Source: Patescibacteria group bacterium (GTDB lineage Bacteria > Patescibacteriota > Patescibacteriia > SG8-24 > DYFX01). From it: 64,000 nt of DNA. How positions within the stretch are numbered: the stretch's first letter is position 1; the number at the start of each line of letters is the position of its first letter. The DNA is taken from NCBI GenBank assembly GCA_041659045.1, contig JBAZZB010000002.1:159855-223854 (forward strand). The letters run 5' to 3'. The notes below the pieces were generated by a model. That model did not search any database. It was not told the origin of the DNA and saw nothing but the letters and a program-made list of their open reading frames with translations. The position numbers were made by a program, and so were the translations under genes. Below are positions 29,412 to 42,077 of the stretch, piece after piece.

Positions 29412-29891
29412 TTACATGTTTGCGACCACTTTGTACACCTCTTCTAACGTGCCGCAGACAGGCACGTTTTGTGTGCTTGGAAGTGGTTTCGGGCCACTCA
29501 TGCCGATGAGACGTGCGCCCGGCATCACCATCGCTATCGCATCTAGTTCTCCACCGTGATCATTGATAAAGACAAGTGGCTGTGGCCACTCGGCATACTT
29601 CTCAGCGTGCGTCTCCTTCGGCTCCGCCGTGTAAACAATATCTTCAAAATAGCTGTGTAGTCCGGAAGACAAGACCTTTTTTTCTTGCCATGCAGGGTCA
29701 CCAATCGTTACAAGCGTCAGGTTCCAACCATCCTCCTTCAGACGAGTGAGCACTGAAATTGACTCTGGAAACAGGAACTCCGACATGCGCTCAATAACGC
29801 CCGCCTCATCGTCCGCAATCTCCAGAGCCTTCTTAAACCTCGTGGTATCGGCAAGAGTGTAATCAAAGTCAAAAACAATCGTGCCTTTCAT
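29412..29891 (-). CDS. HAD-superfamily hydrolase
   Basis: Motif I FDFDYTL (DxDxT). Start at MKGTIV. Confidence 0.6.
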   Translation of the reverse strand: MKGTIVFDFDYTLADTTRFKKALEIADDEAGVIERMSEFLFPESISVLTRLKEDGWNLTLVTIGDPAWQEKKVLSSGLHSYFEDIVYTAEPKETHAEKYAEWPQPLVFINDHGGELDAIAMVMPGARLIGMSGPKPLPSTQNVPVCGTLEEVYKVVANM

Positions 29892-30862
29892 AGACCACCA
29901 AGACAATTGCGAATAATGAGTGCGGCCAGAACCTCGGGATCATGGCGAATAAGCGTGCGGCGAATCGGATCCCCTGCTTTTAAGAGCGGAATTGTTCTCG
30001 AGATAAGATCCGCCGAGAGGTATTGGCGCGTGTTTTTCATGCCTGGCTCGACGATGGGAACAGGGAACTCCCCTTCTGCGGCATAGCGATCTAACAGTTC
30101 CTGTTCCGGCACCGCCCCATTGGATGTGACAAAATCGATACGATTCTTTCCGATATGCTTCTCGATTCCAGCAACAAAGTCATCAACCGTGAACCCGTCC
30201 GTATGCCCCTTTTTTGTCATCAAATTGCAGTTGTAGACAACTCTGGCTTTCGAACGAAGTACCGCCTCGGCCACACCTTTCACAAGAAGCGTCGGTAAGA
30301 TGCTGCAATAATAGTTTCCGGGTCCGATAACAATACAGTCAGCAGCTTCGATTGCCTCAATCGCTTTCGGATTAGCGTACACTTCCGGATCAAGATGCAG
30401 TTCGGGATCTTTTGGAAGTTCCGCGTTCTCGATCGCGTACTGTCCGTGCACGCACACCTCGCCTCGACCGCAGACCAAACGCGTGTTCTGCGTCGTGATG
30501 GGAATAACCGTACCACGTGTCGCAAGCACCATGCCGGCAACTCGGACCGCCTCGTCAAAGTTTCCTGAAATTTTTTCAAGCGCGGAAAGAAAGATGTTGC
30601 CAAAATTATGACCTTTGAGGCTACCGACTTCAAAACGATAGTTAAAAAGATCGCGGACAATGGTATCTGCTTCTGAAATTGCAACGAGACACTGACGCAC
30701 GTCCCCGGGTGGAAGCACGCCCAGCTCGTCTCGCAAGACTCCCGTCGAACCGCCGTCGTCAGCCATCGAAACAACCGCCGTGAGTTTCACGGGGTATTTT
30801 TTAAGACCCGTTAACAAAGTAAATTGTCCGGTTCCTCCGCCGATTGTGACAATGGATTTCAT
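29888..30862 (-). CDS. yvcK: Gluconeogenesis factor YvcK / CofD-like (UPF0052)
   Basis: IVTIGGGTG...MADDGGSTG is the family signature. Confidence 0.8.
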   Translation of the reverse strand: MKSIVTIGGGTGQFTLLTGLKKYPVKLTAVVSMADDGGSTGVLRDELGVLPPGDVRQCLVAISEADTIVRDLFNYRFEVGSLKGHNFGNIFLSALEKISGNFDEAVRVAGMVLATRGTVIPITTQNTRLVCGRGEVCVHGQYAIENAELPKDPELHLDPEVYANPKAIEAIEAADCIVIGPGNYYCSILPTLLVKGVAEAVLRSKARVVYNCNLMTKKGHTDGFTVDDFVAGIEKHIGKNRIDFVTSNGAVPEQELLDRYAAEGEFPVPIVEPGMKNTRQYLSADLISRTIPLLKAGDPIRRTLIRHDPEVLAALIIRNCLGGL

Positions 30863-30864
30863 GA

Positions 30865-32694
30865 TTATTCAACGGTAACAGACTTTGCGAGATTGCGAGG
30901 CCTATCGACATCAAGGCCTTTAGCGACCGCCGTTTCATAGGCAAGCATTTGGAGCGGCAGCACGGACAAGATCGGTTGAATGACCGCGTGCGTCGAAGGA
31001 ATTTTGAGTACGACGTCCGCCGCGCGGCCCAACTCATGAAAACCTTCCGGTGTCGTAATTGCGTACGTTTTTGCGCCGCGCGCGTGCACTTCTTCTAGGT
31101 TGCTTTTAATCTTCTCAAACACCGCGTCATGTGGGGCCAGTGCAATGACGGGAAATCCTGGTTCAATCATCGCAATCGGTCCATGTTTCATCTCTCCCGA
31201 AGCGTAGCCTTCAGCATGAAGATAAGAGACTTCCTTCAATTTGAGCGCGCCTTCCAAGGCAATAGGGTAATGCAGCGTGCGCCCCAAAAACATGGCATGC
31301 GGTCGCTCCGCGATCGAAGCTGCCCACTCAGCAATTGTGGGCCGAAGCTTCAGCACGCTCTCAATTTGTTCCGGCAAGGCCTCGAGCGCCGCAGCGACGT
31401 TTCTCGCTTCAGCCAACGGCAGACCACGCTCGCGCCCGAGCGCCAGAGCAAAGAGCAGAAAGACCGTAAGCTGCGAGATAAACGCTTTTGTTGAAGCGAC
31501 GCCGATTTCGGGGCCTGCGTGATTATAGATACCGGCATCAACTTCGCGTGCGATCGTCGAACCGACCGTGTTCACGATACCCATCGTCAGCAAGCCGGCG
31601 CTTTTTGCCAGCCGCATGGCTGCCAACGTATCGGCCGTTTCACCGGACTGACTAACCGCGAGCAAGGCGATGCGATTCGAAAGCACTGGTTCTCGATAGC
31701 GATACTCCGAAGCCTGATCAACGGAAACCGGAATTTTTGCCAAGCGCTCGATCATCTGCGCGCCGACCAATCCGGCGTAATAGGCAGAACCGCACGCCAC
31801 AATCTGAATGCGCCTCATATCCTTGAGTGCGGAACGCAGGTCGTTAAACACTCCGAGCGTCACTTCCCCATCCGAGGCGAGGCGGCCTCGAAGAGCCGCG
31901 CGCACCGTTTCGGGCTGCTCGTACATCTCTTTGAGCATGTAATGAGCATAACCACCCTTCTGAATCTCCTTTTCCGTCCACTGAATAGACTGCACGGCCT
32001 TGTCGACGCGTGCCGCTTGCAAGGTGGTCACGTTTACTCCTGAAGAATTCAGGAGCGCCATTTCGCCGTCATCCAGATACATCACGTCGCGCGCGATTCC
32101 GACCAAAGCCGCCGGGTCGGAAGCGACCAAAAGTTCGTTCGTGCCGACCCCGATCACAATCGGGCTCCCAAGCCGAGCGACGACAATTTCTCGCGGATGC
32201 TCAGCGTGCATAACCGCGATACCATAGGCTCCGCGTAAGTGTCGCAGAGCAAGCCGGACCGCTTCGGTCAGATCCGCATCATGATATTCCTCGATGAGAT
32301 GCGCGAGTACTTCCGTATCGGTTTCTGATGTAAACGTGTGGCCGCTTTTTTCAAGCCACAGTCTCAGTTCAGCATAATTCTCAATAATGCCGTTGTGCAC
32401 GATTGCGACTTTTCCAGTGCAGTCGGTGTGAGGGTGCGCGTTCGCTTCCGTTGGAGCGCCATGAGTTGCCCAGCGCGTATGTGCGATTCCGATCGTCGCT
32501 TCACGATCAGCGCAGCCATCCAGACGTTCAACCAAGCGGTCGATACGACCTGCGGTTTTGAAAATATGCAACCCTTCCTTCGACGGCAGAGCAACGCCGG
32601 CGGAATCATACCCACGATACTCAAGAGACCGCAGCCCGCGAATCAGGATGGGGAGAGCGGGACGCGTTCCGATGTATCCGACAATTCCACACAT
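30865..32694 (-). CDS. glmS: Glutamine--fructose-6-phosphate aminotransferase (isomerising)
   Basis: MCGIVGY N-terminal nucleophile, a glutaminase domain and two SIS domains. Start at the Met preceding Cys2. Confidence 0.9.
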   Translation of the reverse strand: MCGIVGYIGTRPALPILIRGLRSLEYRGYDSAGVALPSKEGLHIFKTAGRIDRLVERLDGCADREATIGIAHTRWATHGAPTEANAHPHTDCTGKVAIVHNGIIENYAELRLWLEKSGHTFTSETDTEVLAHLIEEYHDADLTEAVRLALRHLRGAYGIAVMHAEHPREIVVARLGSPIVIGVGTNELLVASDPAALVGIARDVMYLDDGEMALLNSSGVNVTTLQAARVDKAVQSIQWTEKEIQKGGYAHYMLKEMYEQPETVRAALRGRLASDGEVTLGVFNDLRSALKDMRRIQIVACGSAYYAGLVGAQMIERLAKIPVSVDQASEYRYREPVLSNRIALLAVSQSGETADTLAAMRLAKSAGLLTMGIVNTVGSTIAREVDAGIYNHAGPEIGVASTKAFISQLTVFLLFALALGRERGLPLAEARNVAAALEALPEQIESVLKLRPTIAEWAASIAERPHAMFLGRTLHYPIALEGALKLKEVSYLHAEGYASGEMKHGPIAMIEPGFPVIALAPHDAVFEKIKSNLEEVHARGAKTYAITTPEGFHELGRAADVVLKIPSTHAVIQPILSVLPLQMLAYETAVAKGLDVDRPRNLAKSVTVE

Positions 32695-32763
32695 AGGTAG
32701 TTCCAACGTACCTGCTCCTGGCCGCTTTATCAAACCGCAAAAAAACCCAGCCGAAGCCGGGTC

Positions 32764-33486
32764 CTATTCCATGTGCTCGATCCACCACCGCATCGCGGTA
32801 TTGGGGTCGTCTGTGAAGTCGAAGTGATAGATCCAGCGACGCTGATAGCCGTCGATCTGGAGCTCAACATAGGCAGTGCCGGGTTCGAGAATCCTGCTGA
32901 GATCCCCAGTACCTTCGGCATAGAAGACAATCTTGAATGACCGCGAGAACAGCGGAAACTCATTCGCGACCTCTTCCACATGTTGGTAACGTCTGGCTCT
33001 GCCAGTCTCGTGATCCTGAACAACCAGATGCGTCTGCATGTGAGCGCCTGTAATCGTGGCGCTGTGGTCCTGCAGACGGTCCTTCGCATGCAGCTCTCCT
33101 TTGAGCCTACGGCCGTCCGGGAGTTTCAGCGAGAAGCTCTGCTTCATCTCCACCAACTCATCCTTGAAGTTGGAGAAGAGTAGGCATTGGAAGATGATGC
33201 GCGTCGTCGTGGTCTTGTCAGGCAGGATCTCGCAGAACTCGCCAAGAAACCTGAGTGCCATTGGTCTGTTCTGCGGGCCGACGATGGTGTGCTTCACCTG
33301 TACGCGTGTTTCCTTGCGTGTGATCACGAGGAGCAGCGGCGCACGTCCTTCTTCTGGATTGTCTGCTTTCGGATCATGGAGCGGGTGTAAAACCGTTCCG
33401 CGCGCACGAAAGGTATTCGGAGCGCACGCGCCCAGGATCAGGATAAGGCTAAGGACGGGCCAAAGAACTTTACCGCTATGCCTCAT
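32764..33486 (-). CDS. Lipoprotein of unknown function
   Basis: Lipobox LILILGAC; terminator hairpin downstream. Confidence 0.5.
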   Translation of the reverse strand: MRHSGKVLWPVLSLILILGACAPNTFRARGTVLHPLHDPKADNPEEGRAPLLLVITRKETRVQVKHTIVGPQNRPMALRFLGEFCEILPDKTTTTRIIFQCLLFSNFKDELVEMKQSFSLKLPDGRRLKGELHAKDRLQDHSATITGAHMQTHLVVQDHETGRARRYQHVEEVANEFPLFSRSFKIVFYAEGTGDLSRILEPGTAYVELQIDGYQRRWIYHFDFTDDPNTAMRWWIEHME

Positions 33487-33569
33487 GATGCCCTCCTCGA
33501 AGAACTGAAACCACCTTACGTGAGAGCACTGCCGTTGGCAACTTCTGGCAAGAAAAAAGCGCCCTGAGA

Positions 33570-33887
33570 TCAGGGCGCGTCTGAATCCTCTTTTGGAATG
33601 TCCATCTCGCCAAGCGGGATATCCGCAACGCCGCGGTCGCCCGTATCAGGCTTCTTGCTACCGTCCTGGTTCGGCATCTCGTAGCCAGGCTTCGGGGTTT
33701 TCTCGCGAGGATCGGTGTCTGGATTCTCGCGTGGGTCGTCGGCTGGAACTCGAGGCTGCTCGCCCTCCTGCCTACGCTGACGCTCCCTTTCCCTCTCAAG
33801 GATCTTCTCAATGACCCATGGATCGAGCATGTGCGCCTCCATAAACAGGTGTGTATTGACCTTAGCAGTCACGGTTGAAACCGCCAA
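33570..33887 (-). CDS. Hypothetical highly charged small protein (uncertain start)
   Basis: ORF with an ERERERQRRQEGEQ run and a Pro/Asp-rich C-terminus. Confidence 0.3.
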   Translation of the reverse strand: MAVSTVTAKVNTHLFMEAHMLDPWVIEKILERERERQRRQEGEQPRVPADDPRENPDTDPREKTPKPGYEMPNQDGSKKPDTGDRGVADIPLGEMDIPKEDSDAP

Positions 33888-33893
33888 GACCTG

Positions 33894-34937
33894 TTACTTA
33901 GTCTTCTGGGAACGAGCCGCGTAAAGCGCTTTTAAGGCCTCTTTATAAGCTTTCACGAGACTCGGTACTTGCCCATCAAGAAGCGCGTATCCACCATCAA
34001 CGTCACCTGCGACAATGAGATCGTGCGCCTGGCGGTAGGTGTCTTTAAGACTCGCCAGAGCCTCTTCCACCGCGGTTATCTGAGTCGCCAAGTCGGCATT
34101 TTCACCTGAGATTTTTTTTGCCGTCGCGACCTGGTGATCAAACTGCCGCATCTGTTTTTCGAGCGTCGCAAACTTCTGAGGAGCCTTGCGCTGCTTTTCC
34201 AACACGCCAAGGCTGCCCTTCAATGTTCCGGCAACTAACTCCATCGATCCTTGAATTTCAGGGAGATCCTCCGCCTCTTCCGTCGTGTCTACGGCTTTCA
34301 GGTCTGATGCGATTTTTTCGCCGTTCAGGATCGCCTCTTTAAGACCCGGCGGAACCGTCATGCCCTTTTTTTCTAGCTCCGCAATTTTCCGTTTGATTGA
34401 AGCAAGGTTGCGCGAAAATTCTGACATGCGCTTTTTGGCGGTCAAAATCTTTTTTTGCAACTCACGTTTCTCAAGACTGCGTTCAGCTGAAGATGATGCG
34501 GATCCCGTTTTACGAGATTCTTTTGAATCTTTTTTCAGTTCCTTTGTCGACTTCCCTTCTTTTGAAGGCAGGCCAAGTTGTGGGGCGAGCGCGCACCGTG
34601 CGTAACAATCCTTGGCACGTGTATCACACATGACACTTCGCTGCTCTTGCGTGCTTGTTGCCGCATTCAAAGAACAAAGGCTCTTTTGGGCTTCACACTG
34701 GCGAACACACGAATCTACGCCAGAAACGACGGCCGGTAACGTGGCGTCATCAATCTGTTCGGGCGCTTGCGCATACATGGCAATCGGCAGCCAGGCGATA
34801 AGCGCCATGTTTATCACGGCCATCCACGCGATAAATCCATGTACTGGACGGTCGTGTTTCTTCCAAAAAGGAAGCTTAGGAGGCACATGAATGGCCTCGC
34901 ATACGCACAACTCGCCCGCACACAAACACATCGCCAT
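33894..34937 (-). CDS. Membrane-associated coiled-coil protein with Cys-rich N-terminus
   Basis: N-terminal Cys cluster, one TM helix, then Lys/Glu-rich heptad-like repeats. Confidence 0.5.
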   Translation of the reverse strand: MAMCLCAGELCVCEAIHVPPKLPFWKKHDRPVHGFIAWMAVINMALIAWLPIAMYAQAPEQIDDATLPAVVSGVDSCVRQCEAQKSLCSLNAATSTQEQRSVMCDTRAKDCYARCALAPQLGLPSKEGKSTKELKKDSKESRKTGSASSSAERSLEKRELQKKILTAKKRMSEFSRNLASIKRKIAELEKKGMTVPPGLKEAILNGEKIASDLKAVDTTEEAEDLPEIQGSMELVAGTLKGSLGVLEKQRKAPQKFATLEKQMRQFDHQVATAKKISGENADLATQITAVEEALASLKDTYRQAHDLIVAGDVDGGYALLDGQVPSLVKAYKEALKALYAARSQKTK

Positions 34938-35351
34938 ACTTTTTTTATTTTAGTTTCCTTTTCTAAAACAAAACGAACTCGCACAATCAAAAGCCGAGTC
35001 CGTCCAAGGTCAAAATCATGGTGGAAGGATCGCGCTTTCTTTATCGATATCAGTGTATCATTTTTTTCGACTTTGATCAAGTGCCTTGAAGTATTTTTTA
35101 CAAAGTTAAAGAGCCGCCCGCGAGAGATGCGGAGCGGCTCAGTGCCTTCTTGCCGTGCGAACGGCGGTGTCGGATCGTAGCCGTGTCGTGCCGGAGCGGT
35201 CGGGGCGCACGGTGCGCGCCGAGGGTAGCTGCGGCTAGCGAGCTGGCGTGATGCCGACCAGTTGGTCGAAGGCGAGTGTGCACGTACGGATCGCCAGGGT
35301 TCATGCCTTGCCTGGATGGCGTCGCAGCAAAAGCCGCGAATGATCCTCGGT

Positions 35352-35370
35352 ACGTGGGTGAGGGTGAGGG
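35352..35370. repeat. Short tandem repeat (GGTGAG)x3
   Basis: Direct reading of ggtgagggtgagggtgagg. Confidence 0.6.
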
Positions 35371-35794
35371 TGAGGAATGCTTCTCTTGCGTCCCACTCGC
35401 AGAGTGAGACGCGGGGAAGCTCCTCGCGATGCGCGACAGACTAGCGTATCAGTGGGTGTGCTTGGATGCTCTTCACGGTTCCTCCGTGTGCTTGGTGGGC
35501 GTTGGCCCCGAGGCGACGCGGACCGCATGTCCGCGCGTCTGGGGAGCCTGTCGCCGGCGCCGAGGTTGGTTCAGAAAGAGGTGTGACAGTGCGTCTTCGG
35601 CGGATCCTTCATGGAACCTCCAAGTACGTTGCGAGTATTGGCCCCTTACAGTGACCAGGATTGACCAGCTTCACTTTGGAAGCAGGCCGCTTCGCTTGGC
35701 GATCCGAGGTTTACACCCCGGAGACAATGGTTAATCTAGCAGAAATCCACAAAACTGTCAAGGGTTGGTGACAGATGTACAAGAAATCCATAAA

Positions 35795-35822
35795 AAGCAA
35801 AAACCCCTCTTTCGAGGGGTTT
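35795..35822 (-). terminator. Terminator of the rRNA operon (cccctc-tttcga-gagggg flanked by A/T runs)
   Basis: Hairpin immediately 3' of the 5S rRNA on the minus strand. Confidence 0.5.
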
Positions 35823-35948
<126 letters not shown>

Positions 35949-36127
35949 AACGTTATCACTATGATATCGTATCGCCTTGATTTGTCCCGACACGTGTCGG
36001 GAGGACAACAAAGAATACAGAATGATGACGTTTCCGACTCCGAACGCTTGCGCGCTCGGACGGATTTTTGGGTAGAAAGTACTAGTCCTTCTTACGAACT
36101 TGCGTTCGCTCGAAGCACTCGTGCTTC

Positions 36128-39228
<3,101 letters not shown>

Positions 39229-39663
39229 AGCACGATGTGCTCCAGCAGTTTCACTTACATTCTCGCTTTCAATTGCAATTCAATTCAGTACTTGTATGTA
39301 CTGTACCCATTTCTAATCTATCTTGACGTCATTTCGTCTGTATTCAGTTGTCAAGGTTCCGTCCGTCTGTCGTTGGCCCCGCCTTTCGGTCAGGGTTTGC
39401 GTCCGCTTCTACACGGACTCCGACTTACGAACCGGGATGGGAACTGGACCTCGTAGTGTCTGCAGTAGAATAGCAGTCCCGTAGGTGACCAGGAGTTCCC
39501 GTCTCGATTCACAAGTGCTTTGAGGATGAAGTAAGGACCAAAAAAACCGCCTTCCAAGCGGTTCCAGCGGCTCGACTTCGGAAGTCGGGCATGGGCTAGC
39601 TCGGTTTACGCTACTACGACTCAGTTGTGAGCGCGTTACGCAAAGTGGCAGGTTTAAGTTGTC

Positions 39664-39698
39664 CACAGTATAGATGAGTCCAAAATCCCTGTCAAGGG
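39664..39698 (-). promoter_or_regulatory. rRNA promoter P2 (TTGACA-17-TATACT)
   Basis: Perfect consensus hexamers on the minus strand, ~430 nt upstream of the 23S 5' end. Confidence 0.5.
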
Positions 39699-39744
39699 CG
39701 GGCTCTGGAACCGATTTCTACTGCGAAGGACGAGGTAACAGGCG

Positions 39745-39775
39745 GCACTTTAGTGAAGTGTGGAGGGCCTGTCAA
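39745..39775 (-). promoter_or_regulatory. rRNA promoter P1 (TTGACA-17-TAAAGT)
   Basis: A second consensus-like promoter ~80 nt upstream of P2. Confidence 0.35.
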
Positions 39776-39868
39776 GTGAGCTAATATTAGCCATGAATGA
39801 GCACTTACGATGGAAGTATTTTTTGACTTCTGCTAGGCTTTCGTCAGTTCTGTCTACGAGGAGGCACT

Positions 39869-40078
39869 ATGCACGTTCGTGAAGATGCGAGTGCAGAGGA
39901 GATCCGTGATCGGCAAGAAACATGGGAACGTAAAAAACGGGGCACATTGCTTGAGCTACTCCCCGCACGTTTCCTTCTGACAGGTGTCGTGTTTGTCGCG
40001 ACGCTCGTCGAAAAGCGGCGACCCTGTGCTGCGTTGAAGGAGGCGTGGAGTTTCTGGCGGCTGGAGGTGTTCAAATGA
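39869..40078 (+). CDS. Small hypothetical protein (69 aa)
   Basis: Strong RBS GAGGAGG 6 nt upstream of the ATG. Confidence 0.45.
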   Translation: MHVREDASAEEIRDRQETWERKKRGTLLELLPARFLLTGVVFVATLVEKRRPCAALKEAWSFWRLEVFK

Positions 40079-40284
40079 TAGAGAACGAGACACAGCGAAT
40101 CGATCCGCGCGCCATCCTTATAGGTATAGCCGGCGGCTACCTCGGCCTCGTGCTCCTAGCCTTCTGGGTGGACGGCAAGCTCTATAAGCGTCGGCTGCGC
40201 AAGAAGCGAGAGCGTTCGGAGTTCACGCCCAAGGATCGAGCGTGGTTTAGAAAGGATGATACGGATGCGCCCAAGGATCACTGA
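40075..40284 (+). CDS. Small membrane protein (69 aa)
   Basis: GGAGG RBS, TM helix ILIGIAGGYLGLVLLAFWV, basic C-terminus. Confidence 0.45.
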   Translation: MIENETQRIDPRAILIGIAGGYLGLVLLAFWVDGKLYKRRLRKKRERSEFTPKDRAWFRKDDTDAPKDH

Positions 40285-40657
40285 AGGACGTCGGATCGCC
40301 GAGATCGCGGCAGGCGCGGTCGGCGCACGAAATCACAACCCAATCGCGTTCGTCGCCTGGCTCTTCCGTCATGCCAAGATCGAGCTGGAAGAGGATCTCG
40401 TCGCCATCTGGAACGCCGGAGATTCAGTGGTCGGCTCAGATCTGTGGCCGGCGGACGTCGTGTTCTCCACGGGCAAGCCAGCACGACTCTTGCCGACGAA
40501 GCGCTACGCCGGGCACCTTGGCGTGTTCGTCGGAGGCGAGGAGCGCGACATCGTGCACGTGCATCCCGACACCGGGTGCGTCACGAAAGTTCCCATCAAT
40601 GACTTCATGGAAGAAGGCTCCTTCCGAGGCACGCGGCGCTTCATCGCCAGCTCTTGA
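40256..40657 (+). CDS. NlpC/P60-like protein lacking the catalytic Cys (putative pseudo-enzyme)
   Basis: Aligns with the downstream NlpC/P60 (ADVVFSTGKP / GDVVFCSG; GHLGVFVGGEERDIVHV / GHVGIYLGNRRVIHA; FRGTRRFI / FRGARRYI). The position of the catalytic Cys (DCSSLVKWLF) reads NPIAFVAWLF. Confidence 0.5.
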   Translation: MIRMRPRITEGRRIAEIAAGAVGARNHNPIAFVAWLFRHAKIELEEDLVAIWNAGDSVVGSDLWPADVVFSTGKPARLLPTKRYAGHLGVFVGGEERDIVHVHPDTGCVTKVPINDFMEEGSFRGTRRFIASS

Positions 40658-40732
40658 ACAGCTGGCATTTTTTGTTGACAAGCAAGCCGTTTCTGCACAG
40701 GATACGTGCGGACTGATGAAGGAGTAGACGAC

Positions 40733-41350
40733 ATGCTACATCGCGCCGTCGGTGGTCGTATCGCTGTCGATGTCCCAGAACTCGCGTTGCCGTTTCCGGA
40801 GAACGTGGTGGTCGAAAAACTCTTAGCGCTCGGATTCGAGCGCCTCGAAGTCGATCTCATCGAGCTGGCGAGACTGTGCATCGAACATTCAACGTATCGC
40901 CGCGGCGCTAGGCCACAAGAAGCTCCCGAGACGGTCGATTGCTCGAGTCTCGTGAAATGGCTGTTCGGCGAATACGGCGTCTGGTTGCCAAGGCGCACGA
41001 TTCAACAGCGCGAGCTCGGCCACGAAGTCAGCGAGTGCTTCGCGGCCGGAGATGTTGTCTTTTGCTCGGGCCGACAGAACTGGTTTTACGAACACGAGCA
41101 CCCGGCTTCCGGCACGGGGCATGTCGGAATCTATCTCGGGAACCGACGAGTCATTCATGCCGCGAGCACGAAACGCGGCGTGGTCGAGGATTCTCTCGAA
41201 GACTTCCTTGGAACCGAACCCGGCGCCTTCCGCGGCGCGCGACGCTACATCAGACCAGAGACGCGCATCTTCAAGATTCCGAAGCACATCGACGTCGAAA
41301 CGTCGGACGATCTTCGGTGGATCATTCTCTCGCGTTGTGCCAGCTCCTGA
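40733..41350 (+). CDS. NlpC/P60-family peptidoglycan endopeptidase
   Basis: The Cys-His-His triad context DCSSLVKWLF...GHVGIYLG...VIHA is present. GAAGGAG RBS. Confidence 0.75.
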   Translation: MLHRAVGGRIAVDVPELALPFPENVVVEKLLALGFERLEVDLIELARLCIEHSTYRRGARPQEAPETVDCSSLVKWLFGEYGVWLPRRTIQQRELGHEVSECFAAGDVVFCSGRQNWFYEHEHPASGTGHVGIYLGNRRVIHAASTKRGVVEDSLEDFLGTEPGAFRGARRYIRPETRIFKIPKHIDVETSDDLRWIILSRCASS

Positions 41351-41424
41351 CGGGCTGGCGTTTTTTTATTGACGCGATTTCTCTGCATGGGCATCATGCC
41401 CGCAGACCTTCAAGGAGCACAGAC

Positions 41425-42015
41425 ATGAGTGATGGGTTAAGCGAGGGGCATCGTTGGGCGGAGGAACGCGAAGACCTCCAGAGGAAGCGTGACGCGTTCT
41501 TTCACATGATCATGCGAACCGCTCTCGAGAACCGTCAGGTCGGTGACCTGAAACCGGACTTTGAGACGTTCGATGCGATTCGCTACACGGACCACATCGC
41601 GCGCGGACGGCTGGGGAAGACCGCGCACAGACGCTGGGCATCCTTTCGAGTAACGCTCATGACCGCCATGAGAAAGGGCGACGAGCGATGCTGGGCCCAA
41701 ATCCTCACGCTGGCGTTGCAGTACGCCTCACCATCCGTCACGGAGGAGCTGAGGCAGTTCTCAGAGGCGTTCGCACTTCACCAGATCGCGCTCTACGCAC
41801 CCAACGGGTCGGGGCAGGGCGGGACGTGGTACGGAAATGTCGAAGCTGTCCTTGGTGCGATCGCTGCTGGCGGCAAGGCGACTGTCGTGGAGATCGAAGA
41901 CAGGGAGCGTGCCATTGTAAGCATCACCCTCGGCAGCGAGAAGGAAAACGTGGACCCAGGACGTTCCACGCTCCGTTTTCTCGCCGCACACGACAAGCGA
42001 CTCAAGAAGACCTGA
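41425..42015 (+). CDS. Hypothetical protein (196 aa)
   Basis: AAGGAG RBS; terminator and TTGACG -35 upstream; no domain recognised. Confidence 0.5.
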   Translation: MSDGLSEGHRWAEEREDLQRKRDAFFHMIMRTALENRQVGDLKPDFETFDAIRYTDHIARGRLGKTAHRRWASFRVTLMTAMRKGDERCWAQILTLALQYASPSVTEELRQFSEAFALHQIALYAPNGSGQGGTWYGNVEAVLGAIAAGGKATVVEIEDRERAIVSITLGSEKENVDPGRSTLRFLAAHDKRLKKT

Positions 42016-42077
42016 CGTTCAGCTCGTCCCATGCGACGGGCTTTTTCTTTTCCGCAAAGACGCGCTAGGCTGGAGGC

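Noticed and set aside
34938-35795. tmRNA, RNase P RNA, 16S fragment or CRISPR array in the non-coding gap
   Set aside because: Both strands were searched by eye for GGTTCGA(T/A)TCC T-arm/CCA ends, GGAAAGTCCGGGC (P4), 16S universal primer sites and spaced direct repeats. None was found. Only a (GGTGAG)3 microsatellite is present.
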